Assembly: GCF_018350175.1 (NCBI RefSeq)
Contig: NC_058368.1
Coordinates: 161,140,001-161,204,000 of the forward strand
DNA length: 64,000 bases
Direction: 5' to 3'
From: Felis catus
Lineage: Eukaryota
Shown here piece by piece: positions 50,538 to 64,000 of the stretch. Below the pieces are notes generated by a model. That model saw only the letters and a program-made list of their open reading frames with translations. It made no database searches and was not told where the DNA came from. Both the position numbers and the translations under genes were made by a program. Numbering within the stretch: the stretch's first letter is position 1; each line of letters opens with the position of its first letter.

Positions 50538-51022
50538 AAAAAATTATTTTTCGCAACCATCATGTAAATATTATATGTGTTTGTAGAACATTGTGTTTCT
50601 AGAAAATGTGTTTGTAGAACATTTATCTTGTTGGGACAATGGCAGAAAGATCTGGGAAGTGTCCGATCTATGGTCATTGCTATCTAAGTAGCTGTGCTAC
50701 TTTAAGACCTAAAGCTGGCCAAAATATTATAGCATCTGAAAGATTTATTTTTATACAAGCAAATCCCCTCAAAATAGGATATGGCTTGGGTTGAAAATAA
50801 GATGGCCTACAGCATCTCAGTGAACTATAGTCAGATGCACCACATGAATATTCTTTGTTTCCGTTACTTTATTCCATACTCTTTCTTTCACGTGTCCTTT
50901 TCTTCTACTCTAATTCTTTCAAATATTCTATGTCTCCAGACTCATTTCTTTGACCTCCTTGATGTCCCTTAATACAGTATCTATGTCTGTCTATTTTCCT
51001 GGTGCTAAGCTACACAAAATAC

Positions 51023-51072
<50 letters not shown>

Positions 51073-51073
51073 A
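51023..51073. repeat. (GTATAT)n hexamer repeat
   Basis: About 8 units of gtatat. Confidence 0.95.
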
Positions 51074-51163
51074 TTTATATGATATATATAAATAATCATA
51101 TGCCTCCAATTGATAGACCAGTCAATCAGTACCAATACACATGCATAAAGTATAACATATATT

Positions 51164-51366
51164 GGGGCACCTGGGTGGTTCAGTTGGTTAAGCATCTGAC
51201 TTCAGCTCAGGTCATGATCTCATGATTCATGAGTTCAAGCTCCACATCAGGCTCTGTGCTAACAGCTCAGAGCCTGGAGCCTGCTTCAGATTCCGTGTCT
51301 CTCTCTCTCTGCTCCTGCCCCACTCATTCTCTGTCTCTGTCTCTCAAAAATAAACATTAAAAAAAA
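51164..51366 (+). mobile_element. CAN-SINE
   Basis: Canonical head; TSD aaagtataacatatatt on both sides. Confidence 0.95.
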
Positions 51367-52229
51367 AGTATAACATATATTGAATACCTACAAGTTAACA
51401 TATATACACATTCATATCTCACATACATTATACATTGACATATAACATATATACTTTATATATTGGTACTGATTGATCTATTAATATTATGTATATTATA
51501 TATACATACATATATGTACATACATCTACAAACACATATACATGTATCTGTAAGAAAAATGTGTATTTTTTAAAATCCAAAATAATTGAAAAGAAATTAA
51601 ATTTGTTTATGTTGAGCAAACACATGGGATAACACAATTATGTCCAAATAAATTATCTAAAAACAAGACAAATGAGGATATAACTTAGAAAACAAGGATA
51701 AGCCATAAAGTTTTTTAAAAAAAAGGTAGTTTAAAAGTCTGCAAAAAAATCTTTGAGTACCGAGGTCACCATCCCCACTCCCAAATTACCAGATGTTTGC
51801 CACCACACCTCATCTTCCATGAGAAGAGAAGCTTTTATCTTGAAACTTTCAGCTAGAACTATCAATGTGGGATACTAGGTAGATAAATTTTCATGATAGG
51901 TTCAGGGTTAAGAAGAGTACAATTAATGAATGTTGCATATTAAACTGTAGGAGTCTCAGCTTATAACACTAACTGGTTCTTAAAATACACAGAGGCAAGT
52001 ATTTACTTTCTATTTTCCATCCTGTCATCCTCCTTTTCTAAGAAATTTGGAGGATTCTTCCCTGGAGAAACTAAAGCACCACAGAAAAAATAAAAAGACC
52101 TTCACAGACTTTTTTTTTTTCCAGAATAGTAATGTTCCACTGTAATACACACCAATCTATAAATCACATGGGCACAGAACACATGCCAAGTTCCTAACCA
52201 ATTTTAAGCACCTTTCTCTTATTTCATTT

Positions 52230-54040
52230 TCTAATTTTTAGTATTTAAGTTATATTTTCTATAGAATATTTACATCAGAATATTGAATTCCATTTAATCC
52301 TCCTACTTTTTCTGTTAATATTGTTAAGCTTTCGATTCTGCATCTCTTCTATCTTTCATAAAACATTATTAGCAGTATTTAATACAGTTAATATTCATTC
52401 ACACTATCAATTCATTTACCTTTCTAATACTCTTCTTCATTACATCCTTCATTTTGCTTTCTCCTTTAAGAATAAACATTTTTCTGTGCGAAAAACTGCC
52501 TATATTATTTCACTTAATGCAACTTTACTGGCTTAATTCTATTTTTTATTTGTCAACACATGTTTTTATTTCAACTTCATTCTGAATAATAACTTCACCA
52601 GTACAAAATTTCTTGGTCAGCAGTTATTTTTCTTTCATTGTTTCAGAAACATGATTCCACTGTTTTAGTTAGTAAAGATGGTTATTAGTCATAATGTTAG
52701 TATCTTTTCTGACTGCTTTTATCATTTGGTTTTTGGTTTTCAGAAGTTTTACTATAATGTACATAAGTTACAACATTCTTTGTATTTATTCTTTAATTTC
52801 ACTAAGCTTCTTTGAATCTGTGAGCTGGTATCTTTCATCTCTTTTAAATGCTTCCGACCTATTACCTGTTTAAATATTGTTTCTTTTTCATTTTTTCTCT
52901 TATCCAAGTGAAATTTCTATTATACAAATGCCAAAACTTTTGACTTAAACAGATGTTTTAAATTCTTTTGCCTTTACTTTTTTTTTCATTTGTTTGCTTC
53001 AGTTAGGAACTTTTCTATTGACAGTCTTCCAGTCAGTTTGTCAGTATTCTATTGTATTCAATCTGCTCTCCTATCCAAAAAGTCCTTAAATTCAAATATG
53101 GTGGTTTTCAAGACTAGAATATTCATTTGCTTGTTTATATACAGATTCCAATTCTTTGATAATATTTTCTGCTTTTTACCATTTTCTCCACATTTCTTCC
53201 TTTTTTGAGTGTATTAATTATAGTTAATTTACAATACTTGCCTACTAATGCTAATATCTTTATGTCTTAGTTCACTTTTGTTGTTTATTCTTTTTCCTAG
53301 TTAGAGGTCATATGGTCTTATCTTTTTAACACCTATTAATTTTAATTAAATGTTGGAAATTGTGAATTTTTGAAAAAAAATACAAAATAAAGATCTTCAG
53401 AATACATTAACATGCCAAAAATAGTTTCTCCATTCCTCCAATAGCTGGATACGTGGGAACACTGATAATACTAGTCCAATTATGAAACTGAGCTGCACTG
53501 AGACAGCCTATTCCTTGGGTAATAATCAGACTACTTCTTGATTTATCCTTATTTCTACAGCATTGTCTCCAGAGCTTTCATTGACAATCCTGAAACACCA
53601 CATTTTCCTCAGGAACCAGAGGCATAAGGTATTTCTAATCTGCTTTTTCATAATTTTTTTTGTTCAGGTCTTTACCCTCTCTGCCCTTGCATCTACAGAA
53701 TTCAGCAAATGTCTCAAGGAGGAAACTGGCTGTGTATTTAAGGCCTTTCAAATTTCTAATTTTGTCATGTCAGCCCCACCACATTTAAAAGTTCAAATGG
53801 ATTTATCCAGGCCTTTTCCTTGTGAAGCCCAAATTTTCAGAGGTTAGCCCATGTGCAGAATTAACAAATTCTCCTTAGGGTAAATACATCGGAAGAATAC
53901 CTGATATCTCAAACTCAAATTTTCATTTCCCTGACAATTTCACAAATTCATCCAGCTTTTCTAGTTCTTCTGAGATGAAATGTTGACTTATAATCAATTT
54001 CTCCATCCTGCTAGCGATGGAAAGACTATTGCCCAAAATT
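52230..54040 (-). mobile_element. Old L1M fragment(s), T-rich
   Basis: tttatttcaacttcattctgaataataacttcaccagtacaaaatttcttggtcagcagttattttctttc...gtttactataatg...cttctttgaatctgtg are reverse L1M 5'/ORF1-side motifs. Confidence 0.65.
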
Positions 54041-54149
54041 TAAATATATATGTAATCAAATCAACCAGGAATCTCTGTCTGAAATAATGTTATCTGATTT
54101 AAACAATACATTTTAATAAAGCTATAGATGGCTTTGAGCCAGACCAAAG

Positions 54150-54780
54150 CTATGGGAACAAAATGGAGTATACAATGAGAACTAAGTCATGTGAAGAACA
54201 ATTAAAAATGTTGGATATGTTTTGCACACAAAGGAAAACATTAGGGCAAGTCATGATAACATAATAACCAAATTCAAATATTTGAACTCCTGTCATATTG
54301 AAGACAAATTATTTATTTTGGTTTTGAGAACAAATAAAACCCATAAGTAGAAATGATAGGAATAAAGATTTCATCTGAATGTGAGAAAATTATTTCAATA
54401 ATGTCTCATATGGTAGCAAATTTCCAAAGATTAGATGTATTCAACAAGACATCTAAAGATAACTTGCTCTAAAGGCACCTGGGTGGCTTGGTTGGTTAAG
54501 CATCCAACTCTTGATTTTGGCTCAGGTCATGATTTCAAGGTTTGTGGGATCAAGACCTATGTCAGGCTCTGTGCTGACAGCAGGGAGCCTACTTGGGATT
54601 TTCTCTCTCCTTCTCTCTCTGCCTTTCCTCTGCTCACATACTTACACACATTCTCTCTCTCTAATCCTCTCTCAAAATAAACAAGCATTAAAGATAACCC
54701 GCTCTACATATTTCACTACCATTCATAATGTCCAACCAGATAATTTCTAAGGATCTTTTCAATTCTAGAATTTTGTCATG
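54150..54780 (+). mobile_element. L3/CR1 3' fragment interrupted by a SINE
   Basis: gtcatgtgaagaacaattaaaaatgttggatatgttt...ttcaaatatttgaactcctgtcat...ccagataatttctaaggatcttttcaattctagaatt. Confidence 0.65.
54472..54690 (+). mobile_element. CAN-SINE
   Basis: ggcacctgggtggcttggttggttaagcatccaactcttg; TSD taaagataacttgctcta / taaagataacccgctcta. Confidence 0.94.
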
Positions 54781-55141
54781 TATATTATGATTGACACTGT
54801 GAGACATGTCATAGGTATTTAATAAAAACATGATTTCTTGGGCTTTGACACAAATAGTATTTTGATAGTACCCACTCATCTCTTTTTTTTATGTGCTTCA
54901 TTTACAATTATTGATGAGTTTATTAGTTTCCTGTGATATACATTAAGTACATTTAACTGAAGATCAACTACAGGCACAGAATTCTGAGAATAATAACTAA
55001 ACATAATTAGGGATTAGAGCTTTCAAAATGACTTACGTGATTTTAAATTCTTCACTAAAAAACGTGAGTTTTTAAATATGCATTTCCTCATTTCTTAAGG
55101 AAAATCGTTTTATGCATGAGAAAAATTGTATTTCAAGTGGC

Positions 55142-55364
55142 TTTATTTTTATTTTTTTAATATTTATTTATTTTGAGAGAGAGAGAGAGAGAAACAGTAC
55201 AAGCAGGGGAGGGGCAAAGAGAGAAGGAGAGAGAGAAAATTCCAAGCAGAATCCAAGCTGGCAGCACAGAGCCCAATGTGGGGCTGAAATTCACCAAATG
55301 AGAGAGCATGACCTGAGCCAAACCAAGAGTTAGACGCTTACCCAACTGAGCCCCTAGGCACCCC
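55142..55364 (-). mobile_element. CAN-SINE
   Basis: T tail, (GA)n, catgacctgagccaaaccaagagttagacgctt, ggcacccc. Confidence 0.94.
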
Positions 55365-55998
55365 TTAATTGCCTTTAATTAAATAAATTTCTCTATAAGA
55401 TTCACAGGCATAGTTTATTTGTAAGCTATAATAGAGGAAAGTTTACAAATATCGCAAATTTTCAACCAAAAGAGACTATGAATTTTTTAAAATACTTTTT
55501 CCTGTTTAAGTATTACATTACTTTTTCTTTATTTTGCTATTCTTTATCTAAATTTCAACATAATTCATCCATTTTCCTTTTATTCTTTATTTTCCCAGTG
55601 GTATCCTCATTCTCTTTTAATGCTCTGTTAAGACTTAATGATTTATTAAGAAATTACTGGATGTATTTTCAGTACAGTAATGGCTTTATGTTTCTATCTC
55701 CTGGGTTATTTTACACCTCTTTAGCCTATGACTACCTTGTAGAACTTGTCTGGTAGAGATGCAAATACTTTCCAGGATCAAACCACCCCATAGATTACAG
55801 TGTGTGGTCTTGTTGGATATTAACTTGTATCTAACTGAGCAATCTTATCCAAAACTACCTAAAACACCTAGCTTTGAGCTATCGTATCTTACTCATTCCT
55901 TACTAATGAATTAATGGAATAGTATTTGACACTTTCATCTTATGTTTGCATGAGCATCATGATTTTTTATAATGAATATTTTGTTTTAAAACTAAAAC

Positions 55999-56232
55999 TT
56001 TTATTTTATTTTATTTTGTATATTTATTTATTATGAGAGAGAAACAGAGACAGAGACAGAGAGAGATCACAAGCAGTTGAGAGGCAGAGAGAAGAAGAGA
56101 TAGAATCCCAAGCAGGCTCCATGCCATCAGCACAGAACCTGATGTGGGGCTCAAATTCACAAACCGTGAGATCATGACTCGAACTGATATTAAGAGTCCG
56201 ATGTTCAACCAACTGAGCCACCCAGGTGCCCC
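55999..56232 (-). mobile_element. CAN-SINE
   Basis: Reverse SINE ending gagccacccaggtgcccc; flanking aaaact.aaa. Confidence 0.94.
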
Positions 56233-57039
56233 AAAACTGAAATACTGGTTAGTGTCCATTATTGAGGCCTTAGACAATAAAGTTCTTCCAAGTATTTGTT
56301 TGCTTCTAAACAAATCATTCATTTCCATTTCATGGGCACTGAATTAAATATTCCATTGACTCTCTGCTTTATCTACTCAAAAACCCAAAGCAAAATGTTC
56401 AGCAGCTTGTCCTCAGGCATGTGAAAATTCTTAGTGCATTTACTTTAGTGGTACTAAAATCTCTTCTCTATTTCTTTATTTCTTCATTCATTCATTCATT
56501 CATTCATAGTCAGATTATCTCTTGGCTGAACTACCTTCATTTTATATAGCCAAATGGTTATCCAAATTAACAAAAATTCCATTTCATATGAGTTAAAAAC
56601 ATAAATAAGCATATAAGTAAACTGAAAGACAGATGAATAGATAGGTAGGTTGAAAGATGGATATCCAAGACTCAGTTATTATCCTTTAATTATCTACATA
56701 AAACACAAGTCTAGTAAGTTTATTATAAAACGTTTTAGCTGCTAAATGCAAAATAATGCTAGGATCGCCAAGACCAGAAGATTATGAAATAAAAAAAACT
56801 ACATCATTTCTTTCCGAAATGAAGACTTCTTAATTCAAATACCTTTGAACTGAAGGAAGCAGGGTAACAATTTTTTAATTACGTTTGAAATTTTGATTAT
56901 TATATAGAGTTAATAATTTAATTTCTTAATCATTGTATCTTGCAATATGAAATCAATATAGCATCTTAAATGCCCAAAGAATGAGCAGTGAAGTCATTGT
57001 GCCAGCCTGCATTGCTTCATTGTTACATCCTATAAACCA

Positions 57040-57621
57040 TGCTTATTATGTCAGTAACCTATTTTTTTCCCATGCCTCCACATACCTCCCCTCTTGTAAA
57101 CTAAATATGTTTGTTTTCTATAGTTAATGTCTGTCCTTTGGTTTGTTTCTTTTTTTTTTCCCTTTGTTTGTTTGTTATGTTTCTTAAATTCCACATATTA
57201 GTGAAATCATATGGCATTTGTATCCCTCTGACTGACATATTTTGTTTAGCATTATACTCTAGGTCCATTCATGCTGTTGCAAATGGCAAGATTTCATTCT
57301 TTTTATCTCTTTTTATAGGTGAATAATATTCCAGTATGTGTGTATATGGCACTTTTTCTTATTCATTCATTTATAAATGGACACAGTCTGCTTCTACAGC
57401 TTACCTACTGTAAATAATGCTGCAATAAACACAGACGTTCATATATCCTTTCATATTGGTGTTTTTGTATACTTTGGGTAAATACTCAGTAGTGCAATTG
57501 CTGGATTGTAGGGTAGTTCTATTTTTAACTTTTTGAGGAAACTCCATACTGTCTTCCACAGTGGCTATACCACTTTGCATTCTCACCAGCAGTCCACAAG
57601 AATTCCTTTTCCTCCACACCC
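57040..57621 (-). mobile_element. L1 ORF2 C-terminus and 3'UTR fragment
   Basis: Minus strand encodes [38 protein letters not shown], the L1 ORF2 C-terminal cysteine-rich region, with stops. Confidence 0.93.
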
Positions 57622-57962
57622 AATTTAAAAAATTGTAAGTGTAATTTGCATCAGTGTATCATTTCTACATGATGTTATTCCTGTTTTAAGACAGGATACA
57701 AAAATAAAAGTATGTACTCCTTTACTCACACATTTATCTTCTGCATTTCTACCAGAGGAGAGGTGGTAGAAAGCTCATCTTCATGGAAAACACATTCATA
57801 ATAATAGATAACCCAAGTCACTTGGCATGGCCCATAGATCATTAATGACTAAATATATTATTTCCATAACTTCTCTTATTTCCTTTCTGTTGACCACTTC
57901 TGCTCCAAAAGATATAGAATATAATAATAAATACATGAAAAACAATAGAAAAAGAACTTTTA

Positions 57963-58181
57963 GGGGTACCTGGGTGGTTCACGTGGTTGAGCGTCCGACT
58001 CTGGATTTTGGCTCAGGTCATGATCTCACAGTTTTGATACTGAGCCCCACATTGGACTCTGGCCTGATGGAGCATGGGGCGTGCTTGAGATTCTCTCTCT
58101 GCCCTCCCTCTCTGCCATTCCCCTGCTAGCACCTGCATGTGCTTTCTCTCTCTCAAAAATAAATGAACTTAAAAAAAAATA
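57963..58181 (+). mobile_element. CAN-SINE
   Basis: ggggtacctgggtggttcacgtggttgagcgtccgactc; TSD aaaagaacttt. Confidence 0.94.
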
Positions 58182-58973
58182 AAAAGAACTTTAAAAAATA
58201 TTTTTAAAATTATTTTATATTTAAAATTATATATAAGAAGTCTAATTAAAAGTAAATTATAGGTAAATTGATTACATAAACAATTATATCCAACCTTTTC
58301 AATTAATTCAAAAAGTTGCTGTATTTCTCTGGAGAATTATTGTTAATTGCACCATATAATATATATTGTTTTATCAGGTTGCAAATTGTATATGCAGTGT
58401 AATTAAAATCATGGAAAGTAGCTTATGCATAGAGAGAAAGATGTAACAAAATATACCAATTTATTTTAATAAAGTCAAAATTAAAATGCACTGCATTTTA
58501 CCAGCCTCTGACAGAGGACTTAGGCTTCACTGCCTCAAACAAAACTACAAAGAATTTCTCCTGGGAACATGCTTCACAATATCAATTTAACCTTGTTTTT
58601 CTTCTTTTCACATTCTCTTTTTTCTATTGTGTGCCACAAATATCTTTCAATCTAAAGAAAGAATTACAAATTAATAACCATCAATATTCAACACTTGGGA
58701 AACAATAATCTCAAATAGGATCACATTTGTTTTCATGTAGAAATGTATATTTGAAAATTTGAGGATCTATGAAGTCATATTAAGTACATTTTATTTAAAC
58801 AGGTACAATACTATCTGCTCATTTTAGGCTTTATTTTTAATCTTATTTTACATTCCGCTTGAAGCTGAATCATATGTGAAAACGAGATATGTTCTACTTA
58901 CAATTATAACTACTTATCTTTCATCTAAAATGTTTCAGTTGAAAATTGAAATCATCAAAATTACACGTGGCTT

Positions 58974-59115
58974 CAGTGGTTCTCATAACCTTGGATGCAG
59001 AATGGAATAACCTGTAAGGCTTTTGTATATCCTGATGGCCAATCATATCCAACACCAATTAAATCAAATCCCAGGGGCTTTATTCTTCTCAGGTGATTCC
59101 AAAATATGTTTGAGT
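58974..59115. mobile_element. MER5-like hAT-Charlie fragment
   Basis: cagtggttctcataaccttggatgcagaatggaataacctg...caccaattaaatca...caggtgattcc. Confidence 0.6.
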
Positions 59116-59266
59116 TTCATTTAATATTGCTTAATAGTACACCAATTTTCTCTTTTGTTTTTGAGGTTTACCTTGCATACAGTATAACAGGAAAACTACT
59201 TCTCATGCATGTCTAATGATACTGTTCTCTCCAACTATGTATACCATGTTTTAAAGTAACAGCTAC

Positions 59267-59464
59267 GGGGTTCCTGGGTGGCTCAGTCGGTTGAGCATCC
59301 AACTTTGGCTCAGGTCATGATCTCGAGATTCATGAGTTTGAACACTGCATCGGGGTCTGTACTGGCAGCTTGGGGCCTGGAGCCTACTTCACATTCTGTG
59401 TCTCCCTCTCTCTCTCTCAAAAATAAATAAACATTAAAACATATTAAAAAACTAAAAAAAAAAT
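59267..59464 (+). mobile_element. CAN-SINE (short CT region)
   Basis: Canonical head; perfect 14-bp TSD aaagtaacagctac at 59253-59266 and 59465-59478. Confidence 0.95.
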
Positions 59465-60465
59465 AAAGTAACAGCTACAGAAGCTATTGAGATTTCACAT
59501 AATCAGGGGAAGAAAAGATGTATTTCTCGTGGTTTCTTCTGACTGTTAATGATTCCTCCCTATACATTCAACAGTATTTGCCCCTCCCTTGGAAAGTAGA
59601 AGCCTTTGACTGAAATTGAACTCCTTTATTAGACAAAGGAAAAACTAATACCTAAATTACAAGTATTTCATTCTTAGCAGAATTTGAAAGGAAACCTTTT
59701 GAAACTCTGTGTTTTTTTTAGAAAGAATTATTAAAGCATTTGACATTCTTATTGGCCAGATGAATCATTCACAGTTTTCCAGTTCCATGAAATTTATGAC
59801 CATCCTACTTGTAGTACTTATAAATAAAAAGGTTCAGTATAATTTACAGTGGGGATTTTTTAGTGGTTCCCTAGTAATGTTGTAAGTGTCATGAGTGCAT
59901 TTTATCCTTCAAAAAATTTTACTGTTTTTTGCCTTTCATTGTAGGATTTTGGTATTGATTGGAATTGTATGAACAATAACTATAAATTGTTACTTAATCC
60001 AGGTTAGAAATTATTGTGCAGGAGAGGGACCAATGGGAAATTATAATAACAAATAACTTCTTAGACTTAAATTTATGTTAAAAATCAAGTCCACATTATA
60101 TGAAACTAATTTTATGTGTAAAGGTAATAATATTTCTAAATACATCCCAATGAATGTGTGTTGTGTGTTTGTTTTGCTTTGCTTACATCAGTAAACTTGA
60201 TTTTTATGTCCCCACTATTTAATGTTGACCAAGGAATACTGCCCCAAGAAATTAAGAGATTATGTCTACAGCAAATCCTTTCCATGGAGGAAAAAAGAGT
60301 TTAAAGTCCAACAAACTCATGCACCAATCACCTGGTTGAGCAGCTGCCAACGGTGAGGCCTCAATGACTAGAAAAGAAGGCAGAACCCAAAGTCAGTGGC
60401 AATAAATGTTATGCATACTCAAAGACTAGTGGCACCAGTTTTATCCTGGCAAAGATACCAATAAG

Positions 60466-61390
60466 TGTGAAATAGTAGAAAATATATACATTGGTCTCTG
60501 CCTCCAGTTCCAGGCATAGAGCTCCTGACACCCCTGCAATTCCCTAAGTGGTAAGAGCACTAGGATCATCTTTTGTTCTAATATTTGGTTTTTGACCCTG
60601 GTTCTGACACTGCCTCCTGAAACACTTGCAATTTCTTGCATGAAGGGAGTGACTTTTGTGCTAATAAAGCAATCCCGGAGGGGGGGGGGGGCTCGTGAAT
60701 GGCTCCTGGATGAGGGTTGGTCATTGGAAAGACCAAGCCATAATTAGAGGCTTGGAATTTTCAGTCTTTCCCCCCATTCTTTTCAAAAGGGGAAGGTCTG
60801 AAAATGGAGTTAATGATCGATCATGTCTACATGATGAATCCTCCATAAACTCCCAAAAATACTGGGTTGGGAGAGCTTTCATGTTAGTGAACACATCCAC
60901 ACCAGGAGAGTGACACACCCAACTCCATGGGGACAGAAGCTCCTGTGCTTGGGACCCACCCAGACCTCACTAAATTATAGCTCTTCATTGGAAGTTCATC
61001 TGAATCCTTTATCATATTATTTACTAAATTGGTAAAAGGTATATGTTTCCCTAAATTCTGTAAGCAGCTCTAGCAAATTAATTGATCTTGCAGAGGGGTC
61101 ATGGAAGCCTTGGATATGTAGCCAAATCAGATAGAAGTTGTGGGTTACCTGAGGACCTACTAGTTGAAATTGGCATCAGAAGTATAGTGGGGTCAGTCTT
61201 TTGGGACTGAGCCCTTAACCTTTGGGATCTGATACTATCTCTGGGTGCAGAGTGTCAGAATGGAGATAAATCATAAGACACCCATTTGGTGTCAAGAGAA
61301 TTGCCTCTGTGAGGCAAAATCTCCAAACATTTGTTGTCCAGAGTGTCAGAAGTGAAGTGTTCTTTGTGAAGGTAAAGGAGACAGAGAGAA
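60466..61390 (+). mobile_element. MER21-type LTR
   Basis: TGTGAaatagtagaaaatatatacattggtctctgcctccagttcc...agagctcct...ttttgttctaatatttgg...ccaactccatggggacagaagctcctgtgcttgggacc...tgtcagaagtg match the remembered MER21 consensus. Confidence 0.85.
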
Positions 61391-61392
61391 AA

Positions 61393-63705
61393 ATCAATAG
61401 TTGCATACCAGGTGCCAGGGTATTAATTTCCTCAATAATTAAATCATACCTGGTACAGCACTGCAATTGGAATCGCCACCTGATAAAGTTACAATAATCT
61501 ACTGCTATTCTTCAAGATCTCTGTCTTCTGTACTGGCCAAATTCAGGAGGATGTGATGGGAACTACCACCCATGGATCTTTCAAGTACTTGATACTGGCA
61601 CTAATCTCTGTAATCCCTCCACAAATGTATTATTGCTTTTGATTTTCTACTTTCTTAAGTAGAGACAGTAATAGAGGCTTCCTCTTGGCCTCTCCCACCA
61701 TAATATTTCTGTGCTGCACAGGTTAGGGAGCCAATTGTGGAGATTTTGCCAGCTGCACACTGTTTCAATTATGCTTTCTGAGGCTGGAGAAATAACTACA
61801 AGATAAGTAGTAATATGTCCAATGTGGGAGGAACATGAGCTAAAATTCCACTAGTTACTTGACTTGCACAAGCTTCTACTCTGACTATGGACCACAGTTA
61901 CATTTTCAGTCTCCTGGAATTAGTGTCCATTTAGAACAAGTCCATAGGGAACTCGGAGAAAGATTAACAGTATAAATGTTTGATAGTTTACCAAGGTCCA
62001 TCCTTAGGGAGACCCAGGCTCCTTTTTAGGGATTCTGGGTCTGAAACCTGGATCAAATGCCTCTCTGTTTTTATGATTTTGTAAGACTTTTGTTCACTTA
62101 CCCTGGAATTTTTCTATTTATGAAGATCAAGTAAGAATTTAGAATGTCTCTTCTCTCTTTCTCTTCTAGGAACACCATAATCAACTTGCCAACACAACAG
62201 GTCTGCATGAGCCAGGGTATTCTAATTGCTGCTCTGACTCTGCTGCCCACTATGCTAACCACACTTAATTTGCCTTTGGTAACTGAGTGCCCTCATCTCG
62301 TCCCTGCCACCCTGGGATCCAATTATTTCCATTATATTTAGGTTTCTTAACTCAGCGGCTATAGTTCCCACTATAAGGTCTGGACTACAGAGAAAAACAA
62401 TCACAGAGCTATTCAAGGATGTCAAAACTCCCCTCATAAATTTATTTCTCCAGTATTAGTAAAAGGTATGTCTTCTGGACACTCTCAGTATGGGTGAGTA
62501 GGTCTTAAATGACAAATCCACTCTAACATTCAATAACCCCTATATTTTTTTAATCGCTTCCTTTACATTAAACCATAACAGATCTCACACTTCTGATTTA
62601 CTCACTGTGGGCCACCTATGTTTCAACTAACCAAACAACCTTCACAGCCCTTCATGACTCCCCAAGTTGCAATATAAAATGCAAAATCTCTCCTTCATGA
62701 GCCTGTATCAATACATTTTGCCTGATTCAACTTTATATTTTTCTACCATTATCCCACACCTTTAGTATACATTCCCATACATGTTTCCTTAATATCTGTC
62801 TGTATAAATTAGAAAACACAAGTAGTTTTTTTAGAGTGCAATGCACTGTCCCATGGGTCATATTTTGTAGTTCATCATTAATGTCCTCTTAGGACTTGAG
62901 TCTAGTAATAGGTCTAGAAGCAAAGAAGGGTGGTGGAAGAAGGGTAGTGAGAAGAATCAGCATTGTTTTGCTTGACAACTGCCACAGGGGAGGCCATTAC
63001 AGTTTCCTCAGACAATGTAATATTAATTGCCTCAGACGCAGATGTCAGGGATGGATTGGCTGATATCATTGGTGATTGGAAGCCCTCTTCCACTGGCAAA
63101 GAAAACTCACCAGAATTTAGACCGTCTGTAGCTTCATCAAAGTCTTCCTACACATCCCTATCATTGCTTACCAGGTCCCATTCTTTGCTAATCACTTTAC
63201 CAGTAGACACCCTGTGAGATTCTGCATTCAACTTATATTGTAATTTAACCAGGGGTAAATGAGATTCTGCATTTGAATTTCAGTAATCACAGCTCTGAAA
63301 CTATAGGAGATAAGGGTCTCCTTCAGGAAACAATAGAATCTTTTAGGTCATTTGTGTCTTATTTGACCTGGAAACTCAAATCCCTGAGCTCATCTTTATC
63401 TTTCACCACCTTATCCAGTGACATTAGGAGTAACAACCTTATCTCATTATGTTCTATAGTTTTCCACAAATGTTTGAAAGTAACATGCACACAATTACCC
63501 AGCTCCCTGCTTATAAGTAGTTGGTTATAAGTATCCAACACAGACATTTTGTGTGTCTCTATGACCAGTGTCTGCTATGAACTACCAGCACTATCTTACT
63601 ACTAGAAACAGTCATTAAGATCATTAAATCTAATCAGATTCAAGAGCCAATTCCAGAAACCCTAAAATCAATTCATAAAACCTATCCTTAAAATTATGTT
63701 TCTCA
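61393..63705 (-). mobile_element. Decayed ERV-L internal region (gag, protease, start of RT)
   Basis: Minus-strand peptides TFKHLWKTIEHNEIRLLLLMSLDKVVKDKDELRD (ERV-L gag-like) and GGITEISASIKYLKD..., IWPVQKT, VDY, GTWYATID (RT N-terminal motifs), with many stops and frameshifts. Confidence 0.9.
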
Positions 63706-63786
63706 AAATCTCCAGAGGAACAGAATCAAAAGTATGTATATTGAAATAGATTTATGTCTGTATCTATATCCATCTATATATGTCTG

Positions 63787-63831
<45 letters not shown>

Positions 63832-64000
63832 TAGAGATTTATAAAGATTTGTAAAGAGTTAGTTTATGTGATTATAGATGCTGAAAAGTTCCACAGTCTG
63901 CAGACTGCAAGCTAGAAACCCAGGAAATCCAGAGATGTAGTTACAGTCTGAGTTCAAATACTTAAGAACTAAGAGCACCTGCAATATAAGTCCTAATCCA
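63706..64000 (-). mobile_element. MLT2 LTR (5' LTR of the ERV-L), runs off the window; contains (TCTA)n
   Basis: ctccagaggaacagaatc...gtgattatagatgctgaaaagttccacagtctgcagactgcaagctagaaacccagg...cagtctgagttc is reverse MLT2; (TCTA)n ~63788-63830. Confidence 0.88.

Overview
AT-rich mammalian genomic DNA from a carnivore, very probably a felid, judged from the tRNA-derived CAN-SINEs of the SINEC_Fc type. I found no intact protein-coding exon. The only gene-derived feature is a decayed, intronless, 5'-truncated processed pseudogene of myotilin (MYOT) on the minus strand (~6305-8417), with its 3'UTR, poly(A) remnant and a nested SINE. The rest is intergenic or intronic sequence: about 29 CAN-SINE copies, L1/L2/L3/MIR fragments, several MaLR/ERVL solo LTRs, a 789-bp solo LTR with internal tandem motifs, a MER21-type LTR, a decayed ERV-L provirus (gag to the start of RT, plus MLT2 LTR) at the right edge, and microsatellites. 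Repeat family names are from memory of consensus sequences, not from a database search, and boundaries of old repeats are approximate. I see no convincing new multi-gene system. The most notable items are the MYOT retrocopy, a SINE-poor block with enhancer-like motifs (~33.5-40.4 kb), a perfect 16-bp hairpin, and several unusual retroposition events.
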